Part shown: positions 47,287 through 55,804 of the stretch, piece after piece
Layout: each line of letters opens with the position of its first letter
Position numbering within the stretch: position 1 is the first letter of the stretch
NCBI GenBank assembly: GCA_021272315.1
Contig: JAJSLI010000108.1
Location: forward strand, 27,322 to 91,321
Origin: Candidatus Methylacidiphilales bacterium
Lineage (GTDB): Bacteria > Verrucomicrobiota > Verrucomicrobiia > Methylacidiphilales > UBA1321
Reading direction: 5' to 3'
DNA: 64,000 nt
The notes under the pieces: model-generated
The model's database searches: none
What the model was told of the DNA's origin: nothing
Seen by the model: only the letters and a program-made list of their open reading frames with translations
Translations under genes and position numbers: made by a program

Positions 47287-48099
47287 ATGAAAATTTATCG
47301 CGTCCGTGACGTCGCCCATCAGTCGCGTCTGGCGACTTCGGATGACGGGAAGAATTTTTTTGCTTTGAGCGGTGATGTCGCGTGCGGGCCGGTCAAGGTC
47401 ACCAACGAACGGATCGAGGTCCTCGGTCTGCTCGCCCCGGTCGAACCCCGCACCATCTACGGAATCGGACTCAACTACCGCAAACATGCCGAGGAGTCCG
47501 GCGCAAAAATCCCCGAGCACCCGGTCGTTTTCCTGAAAAGCCCCACGGCGTTGCAAGACCCGGAACGGCCCATTACTCTGCCGCGCCAATTGCGCAGCGA
47601 CCAGGTCGATTTCGAGGGCGAACTTGCTGTGATCATTGGGTGGGAATGCAAGAATGTCCCTCGCGAGCGGGCCCTCGAATACGTCCTCGGCTACACCGTC
47701 GCCAATGATGTCAGCGCTCGCGACTGGCAGAAGACCTGGGGCGGCTCCCAATGGTGCCGGGGCAAGACCTTCGACACCTTCTGCCCGCTCGGACCCGCCT
47801 TCGTCACCAACGACGGCATTCCCGACCCGAACAATCTTGCGCTGACCACGCGCCTCAACGGCAGCATCGTCCAGCAAAGCAACACGCGCGACATGATCTT
47901 CAGCGTCGCCGAAATCATCGCCTTCCTCAGCGGCAGCACCACGCTGGAAGCGGGTACGCTCATTATTACCGGCACCCCGGAGGGTGTCGGCATGGGGCGT
48001 AAACCACCCCTTTACCTCAAGGCCGGCGACGTCGTCGAGATCGAGATCGAGAGCATCGGCACGCTCCGCAACCCGGTTATTGAGGAAGAGCTCAACTAA
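47287..48099 (+). CDS. Fumarylacetoacetate hydrolase family protein
   Basis: GIGLNYRKHA, VDFEGELAVIIG, GYTVANDVSARD, GKTFDTFCPLGP, IITGTPEGVG. Start reset to ATG 47287. Confidence 0.92.
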   Translation: MKIYRVRDVAHQSRLATSDDGKNFFALSGDVACGPVKVTNERIEVLGLLAPVEPRTIYGIGLNYRKHAEESGAKIPEHPVVFLKSPTALQDPERPITLPRQLRSDQVDFEGELAVIIGWECKNVPRERALEYVLGYTVANDVSARDWQKTWGGSQWCRGKTFDTFCPLGPAFVTNDGIPDPNNLALTTRLNGSIVQQSNTRDMIFSVAEIIAFLSGSTTLEAGTLIITGTPEGVGMGRKPPLYLKAGDVVEIEIESIGTLRNPVIEEELN

Positions 48100-48182
48100 G
48101 CCATTTTCCAGTACCGGCCCCGGTCTCTTGTGCAAAGCGCCCTTGGCTAATTTTGAGATAGGTTCTAAGCTGGCCGTCCCCC

Positions 48183-49076
48183 ATGAACCTCGAAGCCTAT
48201 CGCCGTCTCATCGCCGGCGAGCCCTTCACCTTCGTCCTCACGCCGCGGGCGCTCTGGCGGCTCAACGGCCCCGATGCCGAACGCTACCTCAACGGCCAGG
48301 TCACCGCCGACGTGGCGGCGCTCGCCGAGGACCGCGCCGCCTATGCCGCCGTCTGCAACGCCAAGGGGCGCATGGAAGGGGACGTCCATATCGCCCGCCA
48401 CGCGGCCGAATTTTACCTCGATTCCGACCTTGCTCAGCACGAAAGCCTCGGCCCGCGGCTCGACAAATATCTCATCGCCGACGATGCCCTCCTTGAGGAT
48501 GTCAGCGACCTCTGGAGCGTAAGCCATGTCTTTGGCGCGGCCACCCCGACCGCGCCTGAAATCGGCTTCGTCATCGCTCACGCCCGTTTCGGTCTGCCCG
48601 GCCATGATATCTGGACTGCCGGGCCCGGCGCGGCCATCAGCGGCGACAGCATCGACGCCGATCTCATCGAAACGCTCCGTCTCGAACACGGCCTGCCGCG
48701 TTGGGGCGCCGAGCTGACCGCCAACACCCTCCCGCCCGAAGCCGGTCCCCATCTGCTCGATGCCATCAGCTACACCAAGGGCTGCTACGTCGGGCAGGAG
48801 ACCATCGCCCGAATCAAAAGCATCGGCCACGTCAACCGCACCCTTGTTTTTCTCGAATCGGCCTCGGACGGCTTTCCCGCCGCCGGAACCAAGCTGACCC
48901 GGGACGACCGCGAAGCCGGCACGGTCACCAGCGCCGGATTTTCGCCGCGGCTTGGCCGGGGCATCGCCCTCGGTTACGCCCAGCGCCAAGCCTCGGACGA
49001 GGGGACCGCGCTCCTGGCCGAAGGGCTTCACTTGACGGTGGCGACTCCTTTGCATAGAAGGGCAAGGCCATGTTGA
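48183..49076 (+). CDS. ygfZ: YgfZ/GcvT-like folate-binding protein
   Basis: GPDAERYLNGQVT, signature KGCYVGQE. Confidence 0.88.
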   Translation: MNLEAYRRLIAGEPFTFVLTPRALWRLNGPDAERYLNGQVTADVAALAEDRAAYAAVCNAKGRMEGDVHIARHAAEFYLDSDLAQHESLGPRLDKYLIADDALLEDVSDLWSVSHVFGAATPTAPEIGFVIAHARFGLPGHDIWTAGPGAAISGDSIDADLIETLRLEHGLPRWGAELTANTLPPEAGPHLLDAISYTKGCYVGQETIARIKSIGHVNRTLVFLESASDGFPAAGTKLTRDDREAGTVTSAGFSPRLGRGIALGYAQRQASDEGTALLAEGLHLTVATPLHRRARPC

Positions 49077-50101
49077 AATTCCGAACTGGCCTCCTCCTCG
49101 CCGCGCTTCTGCTCTGCGCCTGCGATCATCACAAGAAAACCAACCAAGCCCAGGCCGAAGCCGGAACCGCTGCCGTCGGGCAAAATGATTCCGAACTCAC
49201 CGGCGAACCGTCCACACCGGCAACCAACGCACCGGTCTATCCACGCGCGCTTCCCGTTGCGAATACCAGCACCCCAACCGCAGCCGGCGTCCCGGCCACA
49301 AACGGCGCCGCGGTTGAAACCGCCTCGGCACCTACCACGCCTCCCCCTGATACCAACGCTCCTACATCGGCGCAAACGCCTGATGTGGCCTCGTCCGTAC
49401 CACCCGCAATGACATCGTCAACGGATACAACCTCAGTAATCACGCCTCCGCCCGCCAATCCGGCGGTTTCCTCCACCGCCACTCCGTCTTCGGACACAGG
49501 CGCGGACACCTCCCGGTTGACGCTTAACACCCCGAATCCGGTCGCGGCCTCAACTCCTGCCGCGACCACTGAAGAACAGGTCGTCATCATCGACACGACG
49601 CTGGGACGGATCGTGATCGAAACCGATGACTCCGCCGCGCCCAAGACGAGCGAGAATTTTCGCAAATTGGCCGCCGACGGATTCTATAATCACACCATCT
49701 TTCACCGCGTCATTCCCCATTTCATCATCCAAGGCGGCGATCCCAATTCGCTCTCCGAGGACCGTTCCATCCAAGGCAAGGGCGGGCCCGGCTACACCCT
49801 GCCGCCGGAAATCAAACTCAAACACGATCGCGGCGCTGTTGCCATGGCGCGATCTCCCGATTCGGTCAACCCCAGACGCGAATCCAACGGCAGCCAATTC
49901 TATATTTGCGTTGTCGACTGCCCCAGCCTCGACGATCAATACACTGTCTTCGGTCATGTCATCAAAGGCATGGACGTTGTCGAGGCGATCGCCAATCAAG
50001 CGCGCGATAATCGCGACAATCCGCTCAATCGGATCGAGATGGAGGTCACGCTTGAACCGAAGGAACAAGCCCTGTCGGAAGGTTCAGCCTCTAGTCCCTA
50101 A
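49070..50101 (+). CDS. Lipoprotein peptidyl-prolyl cis-trans isomerase (cyclophilin) with long Pro/Thr/Ser/Ala linker
   Basis: Lipobox LLCA-C; FHRVIPHFIIQGGDP, GAVAMAR, GSQFYI, YTVFGHVIKGMDVV. Confidence 0.9.
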   Translation: MLKFRTGLLLAALLLCACDHHKKTNQAQAEAGTAAVGQNDSELTGEPSTPATNAPVYPRALPVANTSTPTAAGVPATNGAAVETASAPTTPPPDTNAPTSAQTPDVASSVPPAMTSSTDTTSVITPPPANPAVSSTATPSSDTGADTSRLTLNTPNPVAASTPAATTEEQVVIIDTTLGRIVIETDDSAAPKTSENFRKLAADGFYNHTIFHRVIPHFIIQGGDPNSLSEDRSIQGKGGPGYTLPPEIKLKHDRGAVAMARSPDSVNPRRESNGSQFYICVVDCPSLDDQYTVFGHVIKGMDVVEAIANQARDNRDNPLNRIEMEVTLEPKEQALSEGSASSP

Positions 50102-50240
50102 GCCAAGCCCCGCGGAGCGAGCCCCTGTCGCCGACAACCTTAATATAGCATCTCATAAACAAATGCGCAGAATGACTTCCTGGCCACCCTAAATAGAGTG
50201 GCCACCCTTCGGAACAACGCAATGTCGACGACGCGCTGGT

Positions 50241-50636
50241 TTAGCTTAGGGCGTACTTCGCTTCGCCGACCTTCTTGAGGCCGCTGACTTTTTTGCCGGT
50301 CGTATAGAACCAACTAAAGATATTGCCCGGCTTCACCTTCAATTTTGCGGAGAGTTCCTTTACGGTGATGCCCGAGGAGCCGGCCGACTTGAGTAATTTG
50401 AGAATCGATTCCTTGAGCCTCTTGCTGCGCTTGCGAACCTTGCGGCCCTTCAAAGCCAACTTGGGCAATGCCGGACGACCCGGCTTGCGCCCACGCCTCT
50501 TCGGAACCGAACTACCGCTCTCGAGCGCGTTCAGCGCCGCGTCGACCTTGTCCAGTTTCGCCTGCAAGACTCCCCGCTTCTTGACCAACCCGATTAATTG
50601 CGCCAACTGGGCGCTGGATAACGTAGATAATGACAT
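50241..50636 (-). CDS. Small basic protein, candidate nucleoid-associated DNA-binding protein
   Basis: Leu-rich N-terminal helix, KRRGRKPGRP, Lys/Arg-rich linker, wHTH-like C-terminus (GITVKELSAKL..NIFSWF). Confidence 0.75.
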   Translation of the reverse strand: MSLSTLSSAQLAQLIGLVKKRGVLQAKLDKVDAALNALESGSSVPKRRGRKPGRPALPKLALKGRKVRKRSKRLKESILKLLKSAGSSGITVKELSAKLKVKPGNIFSWFYTTGKKVSGLKKVGEAKYALS

Positions 50637-50698
50637 GCCTTATCTCTAGAAGAGATCAATAACAGAATCAACTCTATATTTTTTATAGAATAACTGAT

Positions 50699-51070
50699 TT
50701 AGTTCGTGTGTGATGCGGAATCCGATCCGCTTGAATTCTCGTCCAGCTTTACTTTTCCGCCCCATGAAATAATACGGGCCTTCGCTCCCGCCGCCTCGGC
50801 TTCGGCTTTCTGCTTGTTCGCATTGTAAGCCAGGGAAAGGCTCGACCAGACAAATTGGTTGTTCGGATCGATCTGCGCCGCGCGCGTGCCCGCCTCAATC
50901 GCTTCTACATAGCGGTCGAGTTTATAAAACGCCATGCCCAGCGCGTGCCAACCGTCCAGAAATTGAGGGTCCTGCTCAACCACCTGGCGAAAATATTTCA
51001 CGGCTTCCTCAAGATCGCCGACCGCCAGGGCGGCACTCCCCTCGTCCATCAATTCATCATTTGTCGGCAT
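50699..51070 (-). CDS. Small TPR protein
   Basis: DEGSAALAVGDLEEAVKYF, GWHALGMAFYKLDRY.EAI, WSSLSLAY. Confidence 0.85.
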   Translation of the reverse strand: MPTNDELMDEGSAALAVGDLEEAVKYFRQVVEQDPQFLDGWHALGMAFYKLDRYVEAIEAGTRAAQIDPNNQFVWSSLSLAYNANKQKAEAEAAGAKARIISWGGKVKLDENSSGSDSASHTN

Positions 51071-51857
51071 GACTTGAATCTACACCAAATTGGCAAATTG
51101 CATCCACCAAGGAATCAAGCGTCGACGCGGATGCCTCAGCCGCGATCTCCCAGCCCAGCCGTCGCAACGCCGCGCTCGTCACCGGCCCGATGCTCGCCGC
51201 CCTTGGGCGGGGCAAAGCGATCGCCGGATCCAGTTTCAGGGCGTGCCAGTTTTCCGCCGTGCTCGCGCTCGTAAACGTGATCCAGTGGGCGCCCTCGCTC
51301 AGGTAACGGGCCCGCGCGCCGGTCGGATCCTCGTTCTCCGGCTGCGTGTCGTAAAGCACCCACGCCTCGACCACCGCACCCATGGCTCTCAGATGGTTGG
51401 CCAGCCGCGGATCAGCCCGGCACCCCTGCGGGAGGCAAAAACGCTGTGACTTCACCGCCTTCTCCGAAAACGCGGCGGCCAGTTTTTCCGCCGTGAAAAT
51501 TTCCGGCTGCAAGTTGACCCGCAAAGGGAGTTTATCCAGCTTCCGCGCGGTCGCCGGCCCGACCGCCGCGATTTTCACCGGGCCAAGATCGCGCAGGCTG
51601 CCCGTCGCGCGAAAAAATTCCTCAAAGAAGAGATCGACGGCATTCGGGCTCGTGAAGACCAGCCAGTCGAAGTGCCGGGGAAACGCCGCCAGCATCGTCC
51701 GGGCCTTTTCTTCGAGCGCGACCGGCACAATGCGGATGGTCGGAATTTCCAGGACATCGGCGCCAAGTTTCGCGAGCCGTTCCGTCAGCGCGCCCGACTG
51801 CCGCTGCGTCCGCGTCACCACGATGCGCCGGCCCAAAAGCGGCAGCGCGGCGGTCAT
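51057..51857 (-). CDS. hemD: Uroporphyrinogen-III synthase
   Basis: RIVVTR, WLVFTSPNAV, AAVGPAT, ITFTSASTA, SIGPVT. Start ATG 51857 overlaps the hemC stop. Confidence 0.9.
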   Translation of the reverse strand: MTAALPLLGRRIVVTRTQRQSGALTERLAKLGADVLEIPTIRIVPVALEEKARTMLAAFPRHFDWLVFTSPNAVDLFFEEFFRATGSLRDLGPVKIAAVGPATARKLDKLPLRVNLQPEIFTAEKLAAAFSEKAVKSQRFCLPQGCRADPRLANHLRAMGAVVEAWVLYDTQPENEDPTGARARYLSEGAHWITFTSASTAENWHALKLDPAIALPRPRAASIGPVTSAALRRLGWEIAAEASASTLDSLVDAICQFGVDSSHADK

Positions 51858-52753
51858 CGGGAAAGCTCGACCGCCAGATCGACACCCAGCATATCGGCCT
51901 GGTTCATCGCCCGCAGGAGATAACCGCGGCGCGGCCCCTGCTCGCCGACCAGCCACGCGATGCCGTCAAGCCGCAGCAGGTTGTCCTCGGCAACTTCCGC
52001 GTAGGCCGCAATCGGCTCGTCGCAACCGCCGCCCAGCGCGTGGAGAAACATCCGCTCCGCCGTCACCCGCGCGGCGGTCTCCGCATCGTGCAACGGCTTG
52101 AGCAAATCGAGGATATCGCGGTCACCCGTCCGCGTTTGCACCGCCAGCACGCCCTGGCCCGGCGCGGGCAGCATCGTCTCTAACGGAAGCGGCGTCACCG
52201 TCAGGCCCTTCAGGTCGGGCTTCAATCGCTCCAGCCCCGCGGCGGCCAGGACCAGCCCGGCCCATTCCTGGTTCTCGCGAAATTTCCGGATGCGCGTGTC
52301 GATATTACCGCGGATGTCCTCGGTGCGAATGTCGGGCCGGGCCAGGTTGATCTGCGCGGCGCGGCGCGGACTTCCCGTGGCAACCACCGCGTAAGAGAGC
52401 AGGGCCTGCAGCGAATCCGCACCCCGCGTGATCAGCACGTCGCGCGCGTCGGCCCGCTTCGTGATTGCGCCAAGAGTCAGCCCCGGCGTCTCGTCGGTCG
52501 GCATGTCCTTCAGGCTGTGCACGGCGATATCGATGCTATCCTCCAGCAACGCGCGCTCCAGTTCCGCGGTGAAAAGGCCCTTGTCGGGGCTCTGCTCGAC
52601 GGCAGGATTCTCCGCGAGCTCATCGCCCCTCGTCTTGATCGTGCGTATCTCGAAATTGCGCCCGGGCCAGATGCGCTTCAGTTCCGTCATGACCAGACGA
52701 GTCTGGGTCACGGCCAAGGCGCTGCCCCGTGTGCCGATAATCGCGGGTGTCAT
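51854..52753 (-). CDS. hemC: Porphobilinogen deaminase
   Basis: IGTRGSALA, KGLFT.ELE, AVHSLKDMPT, TGSPRR, RGNIDTR, LPAPGQG, ERMFL..LGGGC. Start ATG 52753. Confidence 0.95.
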   Translation of the reverse strand: MTPAIIGTRGSALAVTQTRLVMTELKRIWPGRNFEIRTIKTRGDELAENPAVEQSPDKGLFTAELERALLEDSIDIAVHSLKDMPTDETPGLTLGAITKRADARDVLITRGADSLQALLSYAVVATGSPRRAAQINLARPDIRTEDIRGNIDTRIRKFRENQEWAGLVLAAAGLERLKPDLKGLTVTPLPLETMLPAPGQGVLAVQTRTGDRDILDLLKPLHDAETAARVTAERMFLHALGGGCDEPIAAYAEVAEDNLLRLDGIAWLVGEQGPRRGYLLRAMNQADMLGVDLAVELSR

Positions 52754-53829
52754 GCCAGGGTCAGTCCCGTCCGGGCGTCGTCCGCGCCCGTCACGCCCGC
52801 CTGTCGCTGCGCCCACTCCATGTAGCGCGCAACATGTGGCTTGAGGATTTCGACGCTGCGCACGATTTCCAACTGCCGTTCGCACAGGTGCGCCTGGGCG
52901 ATCGATTGCAGGTCGTCGATATCGTAAAGGTAAACGTCGTCGAACAGGTTGATCGAAGGCTCGAAATCGCGAGGCACCGCCAGGTCGATCAAAAAGAGGG
53001 GACGCCGCCCGCGCCGCTTCAACAGCCCCTCGAGCTTTTCCGAGGTCAGCACGTAATGGGGCGCGCTGGTCGAACTGATCATGATATCGACGTCGATGGC
53101 GTGGTCTTCCCATCCCTCCCAGTGTACCGCCTCGCCTCCGAGTTGCGCGGCCAGCGCCTGCGCCCGGTCATAGGTCCGGTTCGCGACCAAAATCGACGGC
53201 ACGCCGCGGCTGAGCAGCGAGCGGGCTGTCCGCTCGCTCGTGTCGCCCGCGCCGATCACCATCGCGTGGCAGGCGTGCAGGTCGCCGAAAATTTTTTCCG
53301 CCAGTTCGACCGCAACCGAGCCGACCGAAACACTCCCGCGTGTGATCCCCGTGCCGGAGCGCACCGACTTCGCCGCCGCGAACGACGACTGAAAAAGACG
53401 GTTCAGCCACTTGCCCGTCTGGCCGTTCACGCGGGCCAGGTCGTAGGCTTCCTTCAACTGCCCGAGCACTTCAGTTTCCCCCACCACCATCGACTTGAGC
53501 CCCGACGCCACGGAAAAAAGATGCTCGACGCACGACGTCCCGCCGAGTTGGAAGGAGAGCAGCGAAAAATCGTCCGGCACCTGATGAAACCGGCGCAGGA
53601 AATCAGGCCACGCGGCGGCGGCCACCTCGGGCCGGGCCGTCGCGCCGAAATACTCAACCCGGTTGCAGGTCGAAACCAGCACCGCCTCGTGCAGACCGAG
53701 CATCTCCCGCATCCTGCCCAGCGCCTCGGGCAATTGCGAGTCGTTGAACGCCACTTTCTCGCGCAATTCCACCGGCGTCTTCTCGAACGTCAGACCTCCG
53801 CAAATCACCTGGGCGCTCATCGTGGCCAT
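52750..53829 (-). CDS. hemA: Glutamyl-tRNA reductase (short form)
   Basis: STCNRVE, SGLKSMVVGETEVLGQ, VIGAGD, VANRT, IDLAVPRD, LYDIDDL. Start 53829 or 53820. Confidence 0.93.
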   Translation of the reverse strand: MATMSAQVICGGLTFEKTPVELREKVAFNDSQLPEALGRMREMLGLHEAVLVSTCNRVEYFGATARPEVAAAAWPDFLRRFHQVPDDFSLLSFQLGGTSCVEHLFSVASGLKSMVVGETEVLGQLKEAYDLARVNGQTGKWLNRLFQSSFAAAKSVRSGTGITRGSVSVGSVAVELAEKIFGDLHACHAMVIGAGDTSERTARSLLSRGVPSILVANRTYDRAQALAAQLGGEAVHWEGWEDHAIDVDIMISSTSAPHYVLTSEKLEGLLKRRGRRPLFLIDLAVPRDFEPSINLFDDVYLYDIDDLQSIAQAHLCERQLEIVRSVEILKPHVARYMEWAQRQAGVTGADDARTGLTLA

Positions 53830-53830
53830 T

Positions 53831-54634
53831 CTAGCCTCCATGCGGGAAGACATGCGCCTCGCTCAGGGAATTGATCCCCCAGAAGGTCAGCAAAATAAAG
53901 ATGTACCCCCCCACCGACAAGAGCGCCGTTTTTTTGTGGCTCAACCGCCCCAGCCCCACGATCAGCGCGGCGTAGAGGCTCCACACCACCCCTGACCAGG
54001 CGATCTTCACCCAGTCTTCCGTATTCTGGTGCGGAATGAAAAAACCAAGGACTGCTCCAGCGGAAAAAATGACGAAGCCCATCACCAACACCCGGTGCTG
54101 TACCTGCTCGAGGGGCCCGACGTTCGGCAGCGAGTAAAACCACGGCGTCAACTCACGCCGCTTCAATTGCCGCTCCTGGATCAGGTAGGCCACACCGGCC
54201 AGGGCAGCCACACCCAGGACACCGAGCCCCAGGAGTGCCAGCGAGGCGTGCAGTTCCAGTTGCCAGCCCAAGGGAGGCAGCGTGCCCGGAGAATCGATCG
54301 GCGCTGTCAACGCGAAAAAGTTGATGAGAAAGACCACCGGCGCCGTGAATGCCCCCAGAATCGACATCCGGTAAGCCGGCCCAACCACCAGGTAGGTCAG
54401 CACCAGCGACCACGACAGGAACGCCAGCGTCTCAAACAAGTTCGTAATCGGACAATGCCTGATCGACTCCCCTCGTTGATGCAAAAAGAGAGTGTGCAGC
54501 ACAAAGGCCGCCCCGATGAGAAGAATCGTCCACCGGTTCGATACGGGCCGCCGCGAACCCAGCGCGTACAGGCCCCAGCCCGCGCTGGCCAGATAGCCGA
54601 GCGTCGCCAGAAAAAGCCAAAACCGGTCGTGCAT
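53831..54634 (-). CDS. ccsA: Cytochrome c biogenesis CcsA/HemX-like membrane protein
   Basis: Eight hydrophobic segments, conserved His positions (VLHTL, ELHASL), W.KI..S..VW.LY; first gene of the hem operon. Confidence 0.8.
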   Translation of the reverse strand: MHDRFWLFLATLGYLASAGWGLYALGSRRPVSNRWTILLIGAAFVLHTLFLHQRGESIRHCPITNLFETLAFLSWSLVLTYLVVGPAYRMSILGAFTAPVVFLINFFALTAPIDSPGTLPPLGWQLELHASLALLGLGVLGVAALAGVAYLIQERQLKRRELTPWFYSLPNVGPLEQVQHRVLVMGFVIFSAGAVLGFFIPHQNTEDWVKIAWSGVVWSLYAALIVGLGRLSHKKTALLSVGGYIFILLTFWGINSLSEAHVFPHGG

Positions 54635-54638
54635 TTGA

Positions 54639-54677
54639 ATAAGCGCTTATAATATGCTTTACCGACTTAAAGAGCAA
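54639..54677 (-). promoter_or_regulatory. Sigma70-type promoter of ccsA-hemACD with overlapping 12-bp palindrome
   Basis: Minus strand TTGCTC (54677-54672), 17 nt, TATTAT (54654-54649); perfect palindrome ATAAGCGCTTAT at 54639-54650. Confidence 0.6.
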
Positions 54678-54919
54678 GATTCAGGTCAAAAGGTTGCACA
54701 GACGACCTATCTTCCTCCGCTCGGCCCAAGCCATGGTTTTACCTGAGGTCATTGCCTCTCATGCAATTTGCATTCCCAGCCCCATCTTTCGGGCTTTCTT
54801 CCTCGAACAACAATGCGTTGTCCGAGGCAAAAAGATGTTCGACGGGCACAAAAGTGTCCGGGAATCGGACACAAACCGGCTCGAAAAGCAGCCGGGGTGT
54901 ATTCTTGAGGCCACCGCCT

Positions 54920-55273
54920 CTACAGAAGAACGTCGTTCTTCTCATCAAGCCGCACGATGTTCGGCTTGTGCTTGTGGGCCAGCTCGGCGGGCACTTGGGC
55001 GAAACTCATGATCGTCAGCCGGTCGCCGATCTTGCCGAGATGGGCCGTCGCGCCGTTCAACTCGATCACCCGCGATCCCGCCGTTCCGAAAATCATGTAG
55101 GTCTCGAACCGCTCGCCGTTGTTGATGTTCCCCACCAGGATTTTTTCGTATTCGAGAAAGCCCGCCTTCTTCGCCAGGTCCTCCGCGACGGTGAGACTCC
55201 CCTCGTAATGGAGACTCGCGCCGGTCACGGTCGCGCGGTGCAGCTTCGATTTAAGGATCGTGAAGTGGGACAT
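54920..55273 (-). CDS. panD: Aspartate 1-decarboxylase
   Basis: LKSKLHRATVT, LHYEG-SLTV self-cleavage site, NGERFETY, NGATAHL..GD. Start reset to ATG 55273. Confidence 0.95.
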   Translation of the reverse strand: MSHFTILKSKLHRATVTGASLHYEGSLTVAEDLAKKAGFLEYEKILVGNINNGERFETYMIFGTAGSRVIELNGATAHLGKIGDRLTIMSFAQVPAELAHKHKPNIVRLDEKNDVLL

Positions 55274-55304
55274 CGGTAAATCAACTATAACACAACGACC
55301 GGGA

Positions 55305-55730
55305 TTATTCGATCTCCCTGATGCGTTCGATGTGACGGCCACCCTCGAACGGCGTGTTGAGGAAAATCTGCACCAGCTCCAGGGCAATATACTCGGAAAC
55401 CATCCGCTGCCCGATGGAAATGACATTCGCGTCGTTGTGCTTGCGGCCCAGTTCGGCCGTCTGGGAGTTCCAGACATAGGCGCAGCGCACGCCCTTCACC
55501 TTGTTCGCCACCATCGCCTCGCCGTTGCCCGAGCCGCCCAGCACGATGCCCCGCTCGCATTCGCCGCTGGCCACCGCCTGCGCCGTCGGGCGGATGTACT
55601 CGGGATAAGGCACCGGCTGCTCGCTGTCGGTCCCGAAATCCTTCACCTCATGCCCCAACGACAGGAGCAGGGCCTTCACCTTCTCCTTGTAGGCAAAACC
55701 GGCGTGGTCCGAACCGATGGCAATTTTCAT
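55305..55730 (-). CDS. rpiB: Ribose 5-phosphate isomerase B
   Basis: MKIAIGSDHAG, GIVLGGSGNG..MVANKVKGVR, HNDANVISIG, FEGGRH..R. Confidence 0.95.
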   Translation of the reverse strand: MKIAIGSDHAGFAYKEKVKALLLSLGHEVKDFGTDSEQPVPYPEYIRPTAQAVASGECERGIVLGGSGNGEAMVANKVKGVRCAYVWNSQTAELGRKHNDANVISIGQRMVSEYIALELVQIFLNTPFEGGRHIERIREIE

Positions 55731-55804
55731 GGGCAAGCGGATAGGATTCTAAAAGCCAAGCCCGGTGTCAATCCGCGCGGTATCCTTTAACAAAGTTTGG
55801 TGCT

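Noticed and set aside
50181-50208. TGGCCAC inverted/direct repeat between convergent genes
   Set aside because: Short, no U-tract and no further copies noticed; cannot be called a terminator or operator.
54740-54800. Glycine or c-di-GMP riboswitch
   Set aside because: Only fragments match (CTCAGGTAAAA, CCCGAAAG); the conserved aptamer cores are missing, so it is reported only as generic structure.
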